Assembly: GCA_965247115.1 (NCBI GenBank)
Contig: CBDFGR010000003.1
Location: 1,952,001 to 2,016,000 of the forward strand
Length of the DNA stretch: 64,000 bases
Origin: Myxococcota bacterium
GTDB taxonomy: Bacteria > Myxococcota_A > UBA9160 > SZUA-336
Direction: 5' to 3'
Under the pieces are notes generated by a model. That model was not told the DNA's origin. It was given only the letters and a program-made list of their open reading frames with translations, and searched no databases. This document shows positions 46,011 through 55,793 of the stretch, piece after piece. Numbering within the stretch: position 1 is the first letter of the stretch; the number at the start of each line of letters is the position of its first letter. The position numbers were made by a program, and so were the translations under genes.

Positions 46011-47387
46011 ATGGCTGATACACACGATTGCATCGTCGTGGGAGCCGGCGCCGCTGGGATTCTGGCAGCCGTTACGTTGCGGGAGGCGGGCCGCGACGTG
46101 ATCGTCCTGGAGGCCCGAGATCGGATCGGCGGACGCGCCAACTCGGTGCCGCTGTCTGACGGGACGATGGTCGAGCGGGGCGCCCAGTTCGTTCACGGCT
46201 CCGTCATTCCCACCTGGGAGTTCATTGTCCGATTCGGACTTCGGACCCACCACGCAGACCTGGCGGCGGTGGCCGACCCTCCCAGCGTCTTCAAAGACGG
46301 AAAATGGGGAGCCCCCGATCCAGTTGCGAAGGAGGCGGCCGAGGGCCTGGAAAGGGCCATCGGCCGGCCAAACCCGGACACGCTGAGTCTCAGGGAGGCG
46401 CTCCAGGCCGTCGGACTGAGCGGTGAGACCCTGGCCGCCGCAGAGCGCATGATGAGCGTGGAGGCGCCCATGTCGCCGGAGAAGCTGAGCGCGCGAGCCG
46501 CTTCGGAAATCCATCACATCGAGGACACGTTGAACGACCCTCTGGCAGGCATGCCACGGGCGGGCAACCCGAACGCGCAGCTGGTCGACGGTTACCAGCG
46601 TCTGTGGGATGTGCTGAGCGACTCTATTCAGGATGTGCTGCACCTGAGCACGCCGGTAGAGGCCCTGGACTGGTCGGATCGCGGCGTCGTAGCCCATTCG
46701 GGCAGCCAGCAGTTCCGGGCAAAGACCGCCATCGTGACGGTGCCGGTCGGTGTCCTACAGGCCGGCATACCGGAGTTTCGCCCGGGTCTGCCGGTGGCCA
46801 AGCAGGCCGCGTTCGCGGACATGGGCACTGGCGATCTGCTCAAGGTGATCGCCGAGTTCAAGAGCCCATTCTGGGAGAAGACCCTGGGAAACGTCCCGAG
46901 TCTCCGCTACGCGGACTCTTCACTGTTCCCAATCACAATGTCCGGGTTCTGGGATCGTCCCGGGCCGCCGACGCTGATCACGTTCGCGGGCACGCCCCAT
47001 GCGACGGAACTCCGCGGGAACCAGGATCGAGCCAGATCAGAGTTCCTTGGTCAGCTAGCCAAGATGTTCCCGGACGTGGACATCGAGTCTGAGCTGGTGA
47101 GCCTCGAGGTGGTCGATTGGGCGGCGGATCCCTGGGCTCGGGGCGGCGTCAGTGTGGTGCCAGTCGGCAGATACCAGGCCCGTGCCGATCTCGCAGCCCC
47201 CACGCCGCCACTGTTCTGGGCAGGGGAGGCGACGCACTTCCGCGGCTACGCGGAGTGCGTTCACGGCGCCCTGGAGACCGGGCGGCGGGCGGCTTTCGAA
47301 GTCGTGCACGCCACGCAGCCGGCCTCCGAGTCAGGCTCGGACGCGCCTCTGGATTGGTGGCAGTACAACCAGAGGATGAGGGTGTAG
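46011..47387 (+). CDS. Flavin monoamine oxidase family protein
   Basis: VGAGAAG, LEARDRIGGR, ERGAQFVHG, WAADPWARG, FWAGEAT and VHGALETG motifs. Confidence 0.92.
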   Translation: MADTHDCIVVGAGAAGILAAVTLREAGRDVIVLEARDRIGGRANSVPLSDGTMVERGAQFVHGSVIPTWEFIVRFGLRTHHADLAAVADPPSVFKDGKWGAPDPVAKEAAEGLERAIGRPNPDTLSLREALQAVGLSGETLAAAERMMSVEAPMSPEKLSARAASEIHHIEDTLNDPLAGMPRAGNPNAQLVDGYQRLWDVLSDSIQDVLHLSTPVEALDWSDRGVVAHSGSQQFRAKTAIVTVPVGVLQAGIPEFRPGLPVAKQAAFADMGTGDLLKVIAEFKSPFWEKTLGNVPSLRYADSSLFPITMSGFWDRPGPPTLITFAGTPHATELRGNQDRARSEFLGQLAKMFPDVDIESELVSLEVVDWAADPWARGGVSVVPVGRYQARADLAAPTPPLFWAGEATHFRGYAECVHGALETGRRAAFEVVHATQPASESGSDAPLDWWQYNQRMRV

Positions 47388-47397
47388 CTCCGGTCAG

Positions 47398-48741
47398 ATG
47401 ATGACAAAGCCGGCGACGGCTGTGCTTGTCGCGCTCTTGGGCGTGGGATGCGGAACCTACCGTCCCGTGAACGCGCCGATCGAGCAATGGGCTGCGAACT
47501 ACGGCTATCGGCCCGAGACAGTTAACGAGAGAAGGCCCACGGGCGACGTCCTCCTTGTTCTCGCCTTCTCGGGCGGAGGGACCCGGGCGGCCGCCTTGTC
47601 GTACGGCGTACTGCGAGAGCTCCGCGACACGAGTGTTTCCGTACGCGGAGAGCGCAAATCGCTCCTTGACGAGGTAGACCTCATCACCTCCGTATCCGGG
47701 GGCAGCTTTGCCTCGGCTTACTACGGCCTGTTCGGCGACCGCATCTTCGACGACTTCGAAGAGCGCTTTCTGCGGCGTAACGTCCAGGGGAGTCTCATCT
47801 TGGGGATGCTCCGGCCGAAGAACTGGTTCCGCCTCGCCAGCACTTTCTTTGACCGCACCGAGATCGCCATCGAGCTCTACGACCGCAAAGTCTTCGACGG
47901 CGCGACGTTCGAGGATCTGCTAGCGGCAGGCGGGCCGTACCTCCAGATCAACGCAGCCGACCTCGGGGTCGGATATCGTTTTACGTTCATACAGCCGCAA
48001 TTCGATCCGATCTGCTCCGACTTGTCGCAGCTCAAGGTCGCGCGGGCGGTAGCCGCCTCGTCGGCGGTTCCCGGGCTCTTCAACGCGGTCACGCTTCGCA
48101 ACTACGCGGGCTCCTGTGGCTTCGAGCGCCCCGTGTGGCTGGACGAGGCGCTCTCGGATCGGAACGCGCGGCGCAGATTCCGGAGTGCGTCCATCGCCGA
48201 GAGCTATCTGGATGCAGACGACCGCAAGTACATTCACCTCGTCGATGGCGGTATCGCCGACAACCTGGGGCTGCGCGGTCCACTGGAAGGCATCCTCCTT
48301 TCGGGCGGGATCCGGGAGCGGCTGGAGCGGCTCGGCTTGGCGCATCCCAGGTTCATCGTCGTGGTGGCGGTCAACGCGCAGGGCCAGAGCTCCAGAGGGC
48401 TCGACTTGATTCCAGGGGCACCCTCGCTCGGTTCCATGATCGGTTCCGTGAGCGGAGTTCAGATTCAGAGCTACAACTTCGAGACCCTCGAGCTGATGAG
48501 GTCGAGCATGGAGAACTGGGCGCGGGAGCTGCCACCCGACGCGGAGGGGCGGGCCATCCAGACGTATCTTGTCGAGGTGGCCTTCGAGACACTCGCGGAT
48601 GAAGAGGAGCGGGAGTTCTTCAACAACGTTGCGACGAGCTTTGTGCTCGACGACGAGACCGTTGACAGACTAATCGAGGTCGGTGGGCGGCTCCTCAGGG
48701 AAAACCCCGGATTTGTGAGCCTCCTGGCCGATCTCCGATGA
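47398..48741 (+). CDS. Patatin-like phospholipase family lipoprotein
   Basis: LGVGC lipobox, SGGGTRAA, SVSGGS, ASSAVP and DGG motifs. Confidence 0.9.
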   Translation: MMTKPATAVLVALLGVGCGTYRPVNAPIEQWAANYGYRPETVNERRPTGDVLLVLAFSGGGTRAAALSYGVLRELRDTSVSVRGERKSLLDEVDLITSVSGGSFASAYYGLFGDRIFDDFEERFLRRNVQGSLILGMLRPKNWFRLASTFFDRTEIAIELYDRKVFDGATFEDLLAAGGPYLQINAADLGVGYRFTFIQPQFDPICSDLSQLKVARAVAASSAVPGLFNAVTLRNYAGSCGFERPVWLDEALSDRNARRRFRSASIAESYLDADDRKYIHLVDGGIADNLGLRGPLEGILLSGGIRERLERLGLAHPRFIVVVAVNAQGQSSRGLDLIPGAPSLGSMIGSVSGVQIQSYNFETLELMRSSMENWARELPPDAEGRAIQTYLVEVAFETLADEEEREFFNNVATSFVLDDETVDRLIEVGGRLLRENPGFVSLLADLR

Positions 48742-48885
48742 CCTCGTCGTCGCAATCGTTCCTCGCCCCGTCAGGCTGGCTCCGCTCTGCGTCCTCGATC
48801 GGTTCTCGCATTCGTTGTTAGCAGCCGGGATAGCGGTTGTATGATGGCCATCTCGAAACCCCCAACCATTCACGAGGAGATCACC

Positions 48886-49320
48886 GTGCGTTCCACCCTT
48901 CGCAGCTCTTTCGGTCTGATCGTGTCCGCCCTTCTGCTCCTGGGTAGCGTCGCTCTGCCGGCAAACGCCGGCGTCGGCGAGATAGCCCTGAAGCTTGCAG
49001 GCCCACTGGCCGGGCAGTTCGGCGTGTCCGCCGACGCGGTCACGGCGCTGCTCAAAGGCGGCCTCTCCCTCGAGTCTGTCACCGAACTCCTGCTGGTCTC
49101 GCAGAGCTCCGGGAAGGACCTCACCAACGTGACGCAGCTCTATCGCGAGTCTGGCGACCAGATCGGGAAGACCGCCGAGCAGCTCGATGTCGCCGAGTCG
49201 GCCTACTCGACAGACAAGGTGAATGCGGCCATCGACGGGGCGAAGAAGGAGCTCCAGGCGGACGCGGCCAAGGAGGCGACCAAAGCGATCGGCTCGGGGC
49301 TCGGCGGTCTTGGCCGCTGA
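48886..49320 (+). CDS. Hypothetical secreted protein
   Basis: Signal peptide ending ANA, GAGGAG RBS, helical body. Confidence 0.65.
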   Translation: MRSTLRSSFGLIVSALLLLGSVALPANAGVGEIALKLAGPLAGQFGVSADAVTALLKGGLSLESVTELLLVSQSSGKDLTNVTQLYRESGDQIGKTAEQLDVAESAYSTDKVNAAIDGAKKELQADAAKEATKAIGSGLGGLGR

Positions 49321-49424
49321 CCATAACTCGGCGCATGCCCCCGCGAACGTCAAGGCGGTCAAGGGGGCCCCGCTTGCGATCCGTACACCGGAGTGAACTC
49401 GGCTCGGCGTAAGGGGAGAGAAGC

Positions 49425-50648
49425 ATGGACCGGAGCGAGGCCAAGGAAGACAAGAGCGGGACGCCTTCGTTCGGAGAGCTCAAGCGCGAGGTGGAGGACA
49501 TCCTCCCGTTCGTGCAATCGGAAGCCGACGAAGCCGAGCAGCTGTACCATCTGACCGACCGGCTTGTGGCCGAGTTCCGCCGAAGGGGTCTCTACACGCT
49601 GATGACGCCCAAAGCGATCGGCGGCCTGGAATTGCCCTTCGTTGAGGCGATGGAGCTCGTGGAACGCGTGAGCTGGGCGGATGCCTCCACGGGCTGGTGC
49701 ATGATGGTCTTGGGCGTCCAACACGGGTCCGCGGGCGCTTTCCTTCCCGACCAAGGTGTGCGCGAGATCTACCCGGACGGTGCCGATGTGACGATGGCCG
49801 GGCAAGGGGTGCCCCGCGGTTATGCGCGTCGGGTCGATGATGGATTCGTCATCAAAGGCCTCTGGGGCTATGGCAGCACCATCTACCACGCTGAATGGGC
49901 CCATTCGGGTTGCTTCCTGATGGACGGCGACGACAACAAGCTCAACGACGATGGAAGTCCGCTGGTCGTCATCGCCCATCATCCAAGGGATTCGATCGAG
50001 CTGAAAGGTAACTGGGATACGCTCGGTCTCAGGGGCACTGGCAGTTTCGACTACACCATCAAAGGTGAAGAGCTCTTCGTTCCCGACGGTCGATGCTTCT
50101 GGATCGACAATCCAACCCAGTACCGCGGTGGGATCCAATACAGCGCCGGGCTCACTGGGCTAGCGACCTGGGGACATACGAGCTGGGCGCTGGGCGTCGG
50201 GCGCCGCACCCTCGATGAATTGGCTGAGCATGCGCGCAACCGCGTCGATGCGTTCGGCAAGCTCTGTGACAGCCCGAGCTTCAAGCAGTCTTTCGCGGAC
50301 GCCGAGGCGAAATACCGATCGGCGCGCGCCTTCGTCTACCGCGTGTGGGACGATCTCTGTGAAACCTTTGCCAAGGGCGAACCCGGGAGCAACGAGCAAA
50401 TCGCTCTGATCCGGCTCGCGATGCGGCACATTCACAACGTGATTTCGGAGATCTCGACAATGGCCCACCGCACCTCACGCGGCGTCTCCCTGCGACCGAG
50501 CGTGCTGCAACGATGCTACCGCGACATCCACTCCGGAACGCAGCACATCCTGCTGTCGGACGAAATCGCTCAGGACTGCGGCAAGGTTCTCCTCGGTGTG
50601 ACCAGTGAAAAAGCCGAATGGAAGATTCTGGGCCTGATGGAGCGTTGA
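49425..50648 (+). CDS. Acyl-CoA dehydrogenase-fold flavin-dependent monooxygenase (HsaA/HpaH-like)
   Basis: ADASTGW, WDTLGLRGTGSFD and LQRCYRDIHSGTQH motifs. Confidence 0.88.
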   Translation: MDRSEAKEDKSGTPSFGELKREVEDILPFVQSEADEAEQLYHLTDRLVAEFRRRGLYTLMTPKAIGGLELPFVEAMELVERVSWADASTGWCMMVLGVQHGSAGAFLPDQGVREIYPDGADVTMAGQGVPRGYARRVDDGFVIKGLWGYGSTIYHAEWAHSGCFLMDGDDNKLNDDGSPLVVIAHHPRDSIELKGNWDTLGLRGTGSFDYTIKGEELFVPDGRCFWIDNPTQYRGGIQYSAGLTGLATWGHTSWALGVGRRTLDELAEHARNRVDAFGKLCDSPSFKQSFADAEAKYRSARAFVYRVWDDLCETFAKGEPGSNEQIALIRLAMRHIHNVISEISTMAHRTSRGVSLRPSVLQRCYRDIHSGTQHILLSDEIAQDCGKVLLGVTSEKAEWKILGLMER

Positions 50649-51184
50649 CCTTCGCTGCGACCAGCCTGTCCTATCGCTCGCCGAAGACCGAGGTGCTGCC
50701 GAGCGGGATCCACGGCAAGGGGCTCTTCGCCCGAGTGGCAATCGCAGCGGGCGAGATCGTCGCGGTGAAGGGCGGCTACGTGCTCGACGCGGCGCACTGG
50801 GGAGCGCTCGAGAGGGAGCTCGGCTCCGCGGAGATCCAGATCGCCCGGGGCCTGTACATCGCGCCGGTCCGCTCAGCCGAGCGCGAGGGCAGCATGCTGT
50901 ACTCGAACCACTCATGCGACCCGAACCTGGCGATCGAGGGGCAGATCGTCTTCGTCGCCCTGCGCGACATCGCCCCTGGCGAGGAGCTGACCCACGACTG
51001 GGCCACCACGGACGACTTGGACTACACACTCGAGTGCCACTGCGGATCCCCGAGCTGTCGCGGGATCGTGACAGGTAGGGACTGGATGAAGCCGGAGCTG
51101 CAGGCGAAGTACCGCGGGCACTTCGCCTGGCACGTGCAGCGGCGAATCGATCGGCTCGGAGCTGCCCACCCTCGCCGACGATGA
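50645..51184 (+). CDS. SET domain protein with post-SET motif
   Basis: IHGKGLFA, NHSCDPN, GEELTHDW and CHCGSPSCRG. TTG start overlaps the upstream stop codon. Confidence 0.9.
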   Translation: MTFAATSLSYRSPKTEVLPSGIHGKGLFARVAIAAGEIVAVKGGYVLDAAHWGALERELGSAEIQIARGLYIAPVRSAEREGSMLYSNHSCDPNLAIEGQIVFVALRDIAPGEELTHDWATTDDLDYTLECHCGSPSCRGIVTGRDWMKPELQAKYRGHFAWHVQRRIDRLGAAHPRRR

Positions 51185-51249
51185 AGCCGAATCGGCCCAG
51201 ATCCAATCGCATCAAGGGCGAGGGTGCCGCTCGAGTGTCGCCCTGCTCT

Positions 51250-51732
51250 TCAGGTCGCCTCGGCGAGGCCTCGGATCAGCTGCCGGACGCGCTCGGACAG
51301 GTGCGGCAGGCACGGGTAGATCACCTGGATGCGCTCCAGCGCGTCGAGCGCCTCGAAGACGCGGCCGTGCGCCTCGTGGATCATCGCCATGCCGGACAAG
51401 GCGCCGAAGTGGCGCGGCTCCAAGGCGAGGGTCCGGTCGATGTCGCCGAGCGACGCCTCGTGGTCGCCGAGTAGCCAGTTCACCGTCGCGCGCTTGTTCC
51501 AGCCCTCGGCGAAATCCGGTGCAGCCCGCACGATCTGGTCGAAGGCCTCGATGGCCGCGCGGTAGTCCTGTTGTCCCATCGCGCGCAGACCCTTCGCCAT
51601 CCACATCTCGACCTGGGGGTCGTCCGACTCCATCCACCGCTCCCAGATCGCGGCCTCGGCCTGGCGAGCCAAGGCCGCCGCGGGCGCGTCGCGGAGCGTG
51701 TCGAAGAGCGCATCGAGATCGGGGCGGGGCAT
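51250..51732 (-). CDS. Tetratricopeptide repeat protein
   Basis: PDFAEGWNKRAT and LALEPRHFGALSG motifs. Confidence 0.88.
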   Translation of the reverse strand: MPRPDLDALFDTLRDAPAAALARQAEAAIWERWMESDDPQVEMWMAKGLRAMGQQDYRAAIEAFDQIVRAAPDFAEGWNKRATVNWLLGDHEASLGDIDRTLALEPRHFGALSGMAMIHEAHGRVFEALDALERIQVIYPCLPHLSERVRQLIRGLAEAT

Positions 51733-51860
51733 GTACGATCCTCAGGGTAGCAGCAACTCGGAAGACCCTTCTCTCAGAGGAGCCCTGGATGAACAACCTC
51801 CTGAGAAATCACAACTAGGGCGCACTCGCCTTGGGGCGCTGGTCGGCGACTCCGACAAAG

Positions 51861-54800
51861 CTAGGAGGCGGAAAGGGTGCAGTCCGATACGAGATCGCGG
51901 ACTTGCTCGAGCATCTGGTCGCGCGTGTATGCGCCCTTCTCGAGGATCGCCTCCACAGCGCTGCTGAGCAGTTCTCGATCTTCCTCCGTGAGATCCTTTG
52001 CGGTCGCGACGACTACAGGAATCTTTCGCCAGGCCTCGACGCTGCGCAGCTCTCCCAGAAACTCGAAGCCGGACATCACGGGCATCATGAGATCGAGAAT
52101 GATGACGTCTGGGGTCCGCTCTCGAACACGCTCGAGTGCCTCTCGACCGTGCCTGGCCTCCGCGACATCCCAGCCATTTCCCTCGAGAGTTCGCCGCATG
52201 AGCTCGCGTGTCTCGTTATCGTCCTCCACGATCAAGATCGGGCAGGGAGGGTTTTGGCAGCGATACTGGCTGATGATCTGCGAGAGGCGCTCGCTGTCGA
52301 CCGGCTTGGTCAGGTAGTCGACGGCGCCCAGTGCGTAGCCGATGTTCCTGTCTTCGATCATCGAGACCATGATGACGGGGATGTCCCGAAGCTGGGAATC
52401 CGATTTCAGCTCCTTCAGGACGGCCCAGCCGTCCTTGCCCGGCATCATCACGTCGAGCGTAATCGCAGCGGGTCGCGTCTCTCTGGCGAGGCGTAGTCCT
52501 GTGTCTCCGTCTGGGGCCATTACAACTTCGAAGCCGCTGCTGACCAGCGAGCGCTCCATCAGCTCGCGGGCTGCCGCGTCGTCGTCGATTACCAGGACAC
52601 ACTTGCCTGCGTGCGACACACGCTCCGCAACCACGTCACCGTCGGCTGCTGGGCGGTCAACCTCTGCCGGTAGGCGGATCGTGAACGTGGAGCCCTTCCC
52701 AAGCTCGCTCTTGACGTTCACGTCGCCACCCATCATCTGACAAAATTTCCTGGAGATCGCCAGGCCGAGTCCCGTACCACCGTATTCGCGGGTGGTCGAG
52801 GCGTCCGCCTGCGTGAACTCCTCGAACAGCTTCCCGAGCTTGTCCGAGGCGATACCGATCCCGCTATCCTCGACAACGAATGTCAGTCGGTCGCCTGAAT
52901 CAGTCTTCTCGCGCCTGGCCGAGAGCTCGATGGTGCCTCGCTCGGTGAACTTCGCGGCATTGCTGAGGAGATTGAACAGCACCTGGCGAACTTTGGTCAG
53001 GTCCGCACGCATCGAACCCAGCTCGCCCTCTCGCTCTATCCGCAGCGTGTTGCTGTTCTTCTTGATGAGCGCGTCGATGGTGGCGACCACGTCGTCTAGC
53101 ATGGACCCGACTTCAAAGGCCTCCAGATAGAGATCCATCTTGCCGGCCTCTATCTTGGAGATGTCGAGTACCCCGTTGATCAGCGCCAGCAGGTGCCCGC
53201 CGGCCTGGTGGATCTTCCGCAGGTCCGGGATGAACTCCTCTTGCTCGAGGTCTTCGGCCTCCTCAATCAGCAGCTCGCTGTAGCCGAGGATTGCGTTCAT
53301 CGGGGTGCGCAGCTCGTGGCTCATGTTGGCGAGGAAGGCGCTCTTGGCCCTGTTGGCCTCTTCGGCTGCCCCGCGAGCGATCTCCAACTCCTCGGCGGCC
53401 CTCTTGCGTTCGAAGACTCTACCGAGCTGCGCTCCCACGTTTCGCATGATCTGGAGCAGGTTCTCGTCGGGCGACATCTCTTCATTGAGGAAGAACTCGA
53501 GCACCGCCACCAGCTCCCCGCCCACCTGCACTGGGAAGCCGAAGGCGCCCTTGACGCCGAGGTCCTTCGCGAGCCGGTTGCGCGGGAAGTTCGGATCCGT
53601 CTGCACGTTGCTGATCCAGGCCGCCTCGCCCGACGCGAGGATCCGGCCCGGCAGTCCCTCGCCTCTCCCGAACGTCGTGCGCTCGGTGACCTCCCGAAAT
53701 ACGGCGTACGTCTCCGGGTTCTCGAGATGCCAGATCGTCGTGGGGATCAGCTCCTCCGGGTCCTCGGGAGACGGCTCGTAAACGTGGCCCACCGGCCAGC
53801 CGGTCATCTCACAGACCATGTCCACGACATGCGCCAGCGCTTCATCGACCGATTCAGTATCGGCCGCCATGTCTGCCGCTCGATGAAGGATAGTTTCTTC
53901 GAGGGCCTGGCTCGCCAGACTCTCCCTGGCTCGTTCGCGCTCGCCGATGTCGCGGCGTATCGACCGCGCCATCTGGTTGAAGGCCAGTGCCAGATCGCCG
54001 AGCTCGTCGCCCGAGCGAATATTCACGTGGGCTGAATAGTCGCCGCGGACGACGCGCTCGGTGCCCCTGACGAGCTGGCCGACGGGGTTGATGACCACAC
54101 GTCGGAGATAGAGCAGCGAGAGCGCCGCAACCAACACGGCGAGTGCACCCCCGAACCCGATGATACGGTTCCGAACGGCGGCGGCCGGCGCGGTGATCTC
54201 GGCCATGTCGACCTCGGCCAGGATCGCCCAGTTGAGCCCGCGGATGTGCAGCGGGCCATAGGAGGAGAGCACCTCGACGCCCCGATAAGCAGACTGCTGG
54301 AGCGTACCGGATCGCCCGGTGAGGGCGATGCGGGCCGCATCCGTATCGACCTTCTGCGCTAGGATCGAGGACACCTCGTGAAAGCGGCTGTCGGAGCGCA
54401 TCAGGAAATCGTCGCCGATCAGGTAGGTCTCCCCCGTCTTTCCGAGCCCGGCGACGTCGCTCATGATCTCGTTGATCTCGTCGACGGGCATTTGGAAGAT
54501 GGCCACGCCGATCAAACGTTCGCCGTCGAACACAGGCGCGCCGATGAAGCTAGCTGGCGCACCGTAGCTCGGCTCGTACGACTCGAAATCCGCGATGAAG
54601 ACCGATCCGGCAGAGGCGGACTGCAGCGCCTGGCGGTAGACGCCGGCGACGTTCGTCTCCCGGTGGAGGCCCTCTATGAAGTTCGTCGCGTACTCGGTCT
54701 CTTTGAACACCGAGTAGACGAGGTTCCCATCCGTGTCGAGGAGAAAGATGTCGTAGTATCCGAACGACTCGAGGAAATCCCGGATGCGTGGGTGATAGCG

Positions 54801-55325
54801 CTCGTGCAGCCGGTTGTAATCACATCGCTCGACAGCGCCCACAAGGCGATGCTTCTGACCGAAGGGGAACGGGTTCTCCATGATGTACATGGCTTGAAGG
54901 AACCGGCCGGATGAGGAGCGAGGGATGTACTCCTCGACGCCGTTCCACGGCTGGCCGGCCCGCTCGAGGCGCGAGCGAAACTCTCCCTCGTAGTAAGTCT
55001 CCAGAGCTCCGTAGACGGAGCTTCCAGGATCCGCCGACCATCTGATCTGGTCCGGAACGCTCTCGAAGGCGGCAGAGAGCTGCTCCGTGGCCTCGATGAT
55101 CATCTCGTCCTGAGCAAAGTTGAAGACCTGCTCGCGAATGATCTGGAAGTAGTTCTCGATGTAGTGCTGGCGCGATCTGCGCACCGCCTCGAGCGAGTTC
55201 GCCTGCTGGGTCAGCAGGGCTGAGGTGCCCCAGGTCGCACTGATCCACCCCACCAGCGCAATGGAGCCCACGACTCCGGCCAGGACAAGGCCGATGAGCT
55301 TGTTGGAGAGCTTCCAGTTCTTCAT
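51861..55325 (-). CDS. Hybrid sensor histidine kinase (Cache-HAMP-GAF-HisKA-HATPase-REC-REC)
   Basis: YYDIFL..G..VYSVFKE Cache domain, DELGDLA HAMP, SHELRTP H-box, N/G1/F/G2 boxes and two LD.MMP receiver domains. Confidence 0.95.
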   Translation of the reverse strand: MKNWKLSNKLIGLVLAGVVGSIALVGWISATWGTSALLTQQANSLEAVRRSRQHYIENYFQIIREQVFNFAQDEMIIEATEQLSAAFESVPDQIRWSADPGSSVYGALETYYEGEFRSRLERAGQPWNGVEEYIPRSSSGRFLQAMYIMENPFPFGQKHRLVGAVERCDYNRLHERYHPRIRDFLESFGYYDIFLLDTDGNLVYSVFKETEYATNFIEGLHRETNVAGVYRQALQSASAGSVFIADFESYEPSYGAPASFIGAPVFDGERLIGVAIFQMPVDEINEIMSDVAGLGKTGETYLIGDDFLMRSDSRFHEVSSILAQKVDTDAARIALTGRSGTLQQSAYRGVEVLSSYGPLHIRGLNWAILAEVDMAEITAPAAAVRNRIIGFGGALAVLVAALSLLYLRRVVINPVGQLVRGTERVVRGDYSAHVNIRSGDELGDLALAFNQMARSIRRDIGERERARESLASQALEETILHRAADMAADTESVDEALAHVVDMVCEMTGWPVGHVYEPSPEDPEELIPTTIWHLENPETYAVFREVTERTTFGRGEGLPGRILASGEAAWISNVQTDPNFPRNRLAKDLGVKGAFGFPVQVGGELVAVLEFFLNEEMSPDENLLQIMRNVGAQLGRVFERKRAAEELEIARGAAEEANRAKSAFLANMSHELRTPMNAILGYSELLIEEAEDLEQEEFIPDLRKIHQAGGHLLALINGVLDISKIEAGKMDLYLEAFEVGSMLDDVVATIDALIKKNSNTLRIEREGELGSMRADLTKVRQVLFNLLSNAAKFTERGTIELSARREKTDSGDRLTFVVEDSGIGIASDKLGKLFEEFTQADASTTREYGGTGLGLAISRKFCQMMGGDVNVKSELGKGSTFTIRLPAEVDRPAADGDVVAERVSHAGKCVLVIDDDAAARELMERSLVSSGFEVVMAPDGDTGLRLARETRPAAITLDVMMPGKDGWAVLKELKSDSQLRDIPVIMVSMIEDRNIGYALGAVDYLTKPVDSERLSQIISQYRCQNPPCPILIVEDDNETRELMRRTLEGNGWDVAEARHGREALERVRERTPDVIILDLMMPVMSGFEFLGELRSVEAWRKIPVVVATAKDLTEEDRELLSSAVEAILEKGAYTRDQMLEQVRDLVSDCTLSAS

Positions 55326-55418
55326 GCTCGAACGCCAAGTCTACCGGATAGTCTCACCTGCCAGGTGTGTGGCAGAATTGGGCTGGTCGGATGGTCCCGA
55401 GAGCCCGAAAGAGGGGAT

Positions 55419-55784
55419 ATGCTGAAGATCCTGCTGGTCGAAGACAACGAGCTGAACCGAGACATGCTCTCTCGCCGCCTCGAGAAGCGGGGCTTCGAGA
55501 TCGACATCGCCATCGATGGTGAGGAGGGCGTCGACAAGGCCCGTAGCGGGTCGCCTGACCTGATCCTGATGGACATGAGTCTACCCGTGAAGAGTGGGTG
55601 GGACGCGGCGCGGGAGCTCAAAGCTGGCGAAGAGACGCGCGCGATCCCGGTGATTGCGCTCACTGCACACGCCATGTCGGGCGACCGCGAGAAGGCGCTG
55701 GATTCCGGCTGCGACGAGTTCGAGACGAAGCCCGTCAGACTCCCGGTGCTCTTGGAGAAGATCGAGAAGCTATTGGGTCGCTGA
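55419..55784 (+). CDS. Single-domain response regulator (DivK-like)
   Basis: LLVEDN, LMDMSLP, ALTAHAM and TKP motifs. Confidence 0.95.
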   Translation: MLKILLVEDNELNRDMLSRRLEKRGFEIDIAIDGEEGVDKARSGSPDLILMDMSLPVKSGWDAARELKAGEETRAIPVIALTAHAMSGDREKALDSGCDEFETKPVRLPVLLEKIEKLLGR

Positions 55785-55793
55785 TCGCTACCC

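Noticed and set aside
55326..55793. Invertible segment explaining the opposite orientation of the response regulator
   Set aside because: No flanking inverted repeats or recombinase gene were seen.
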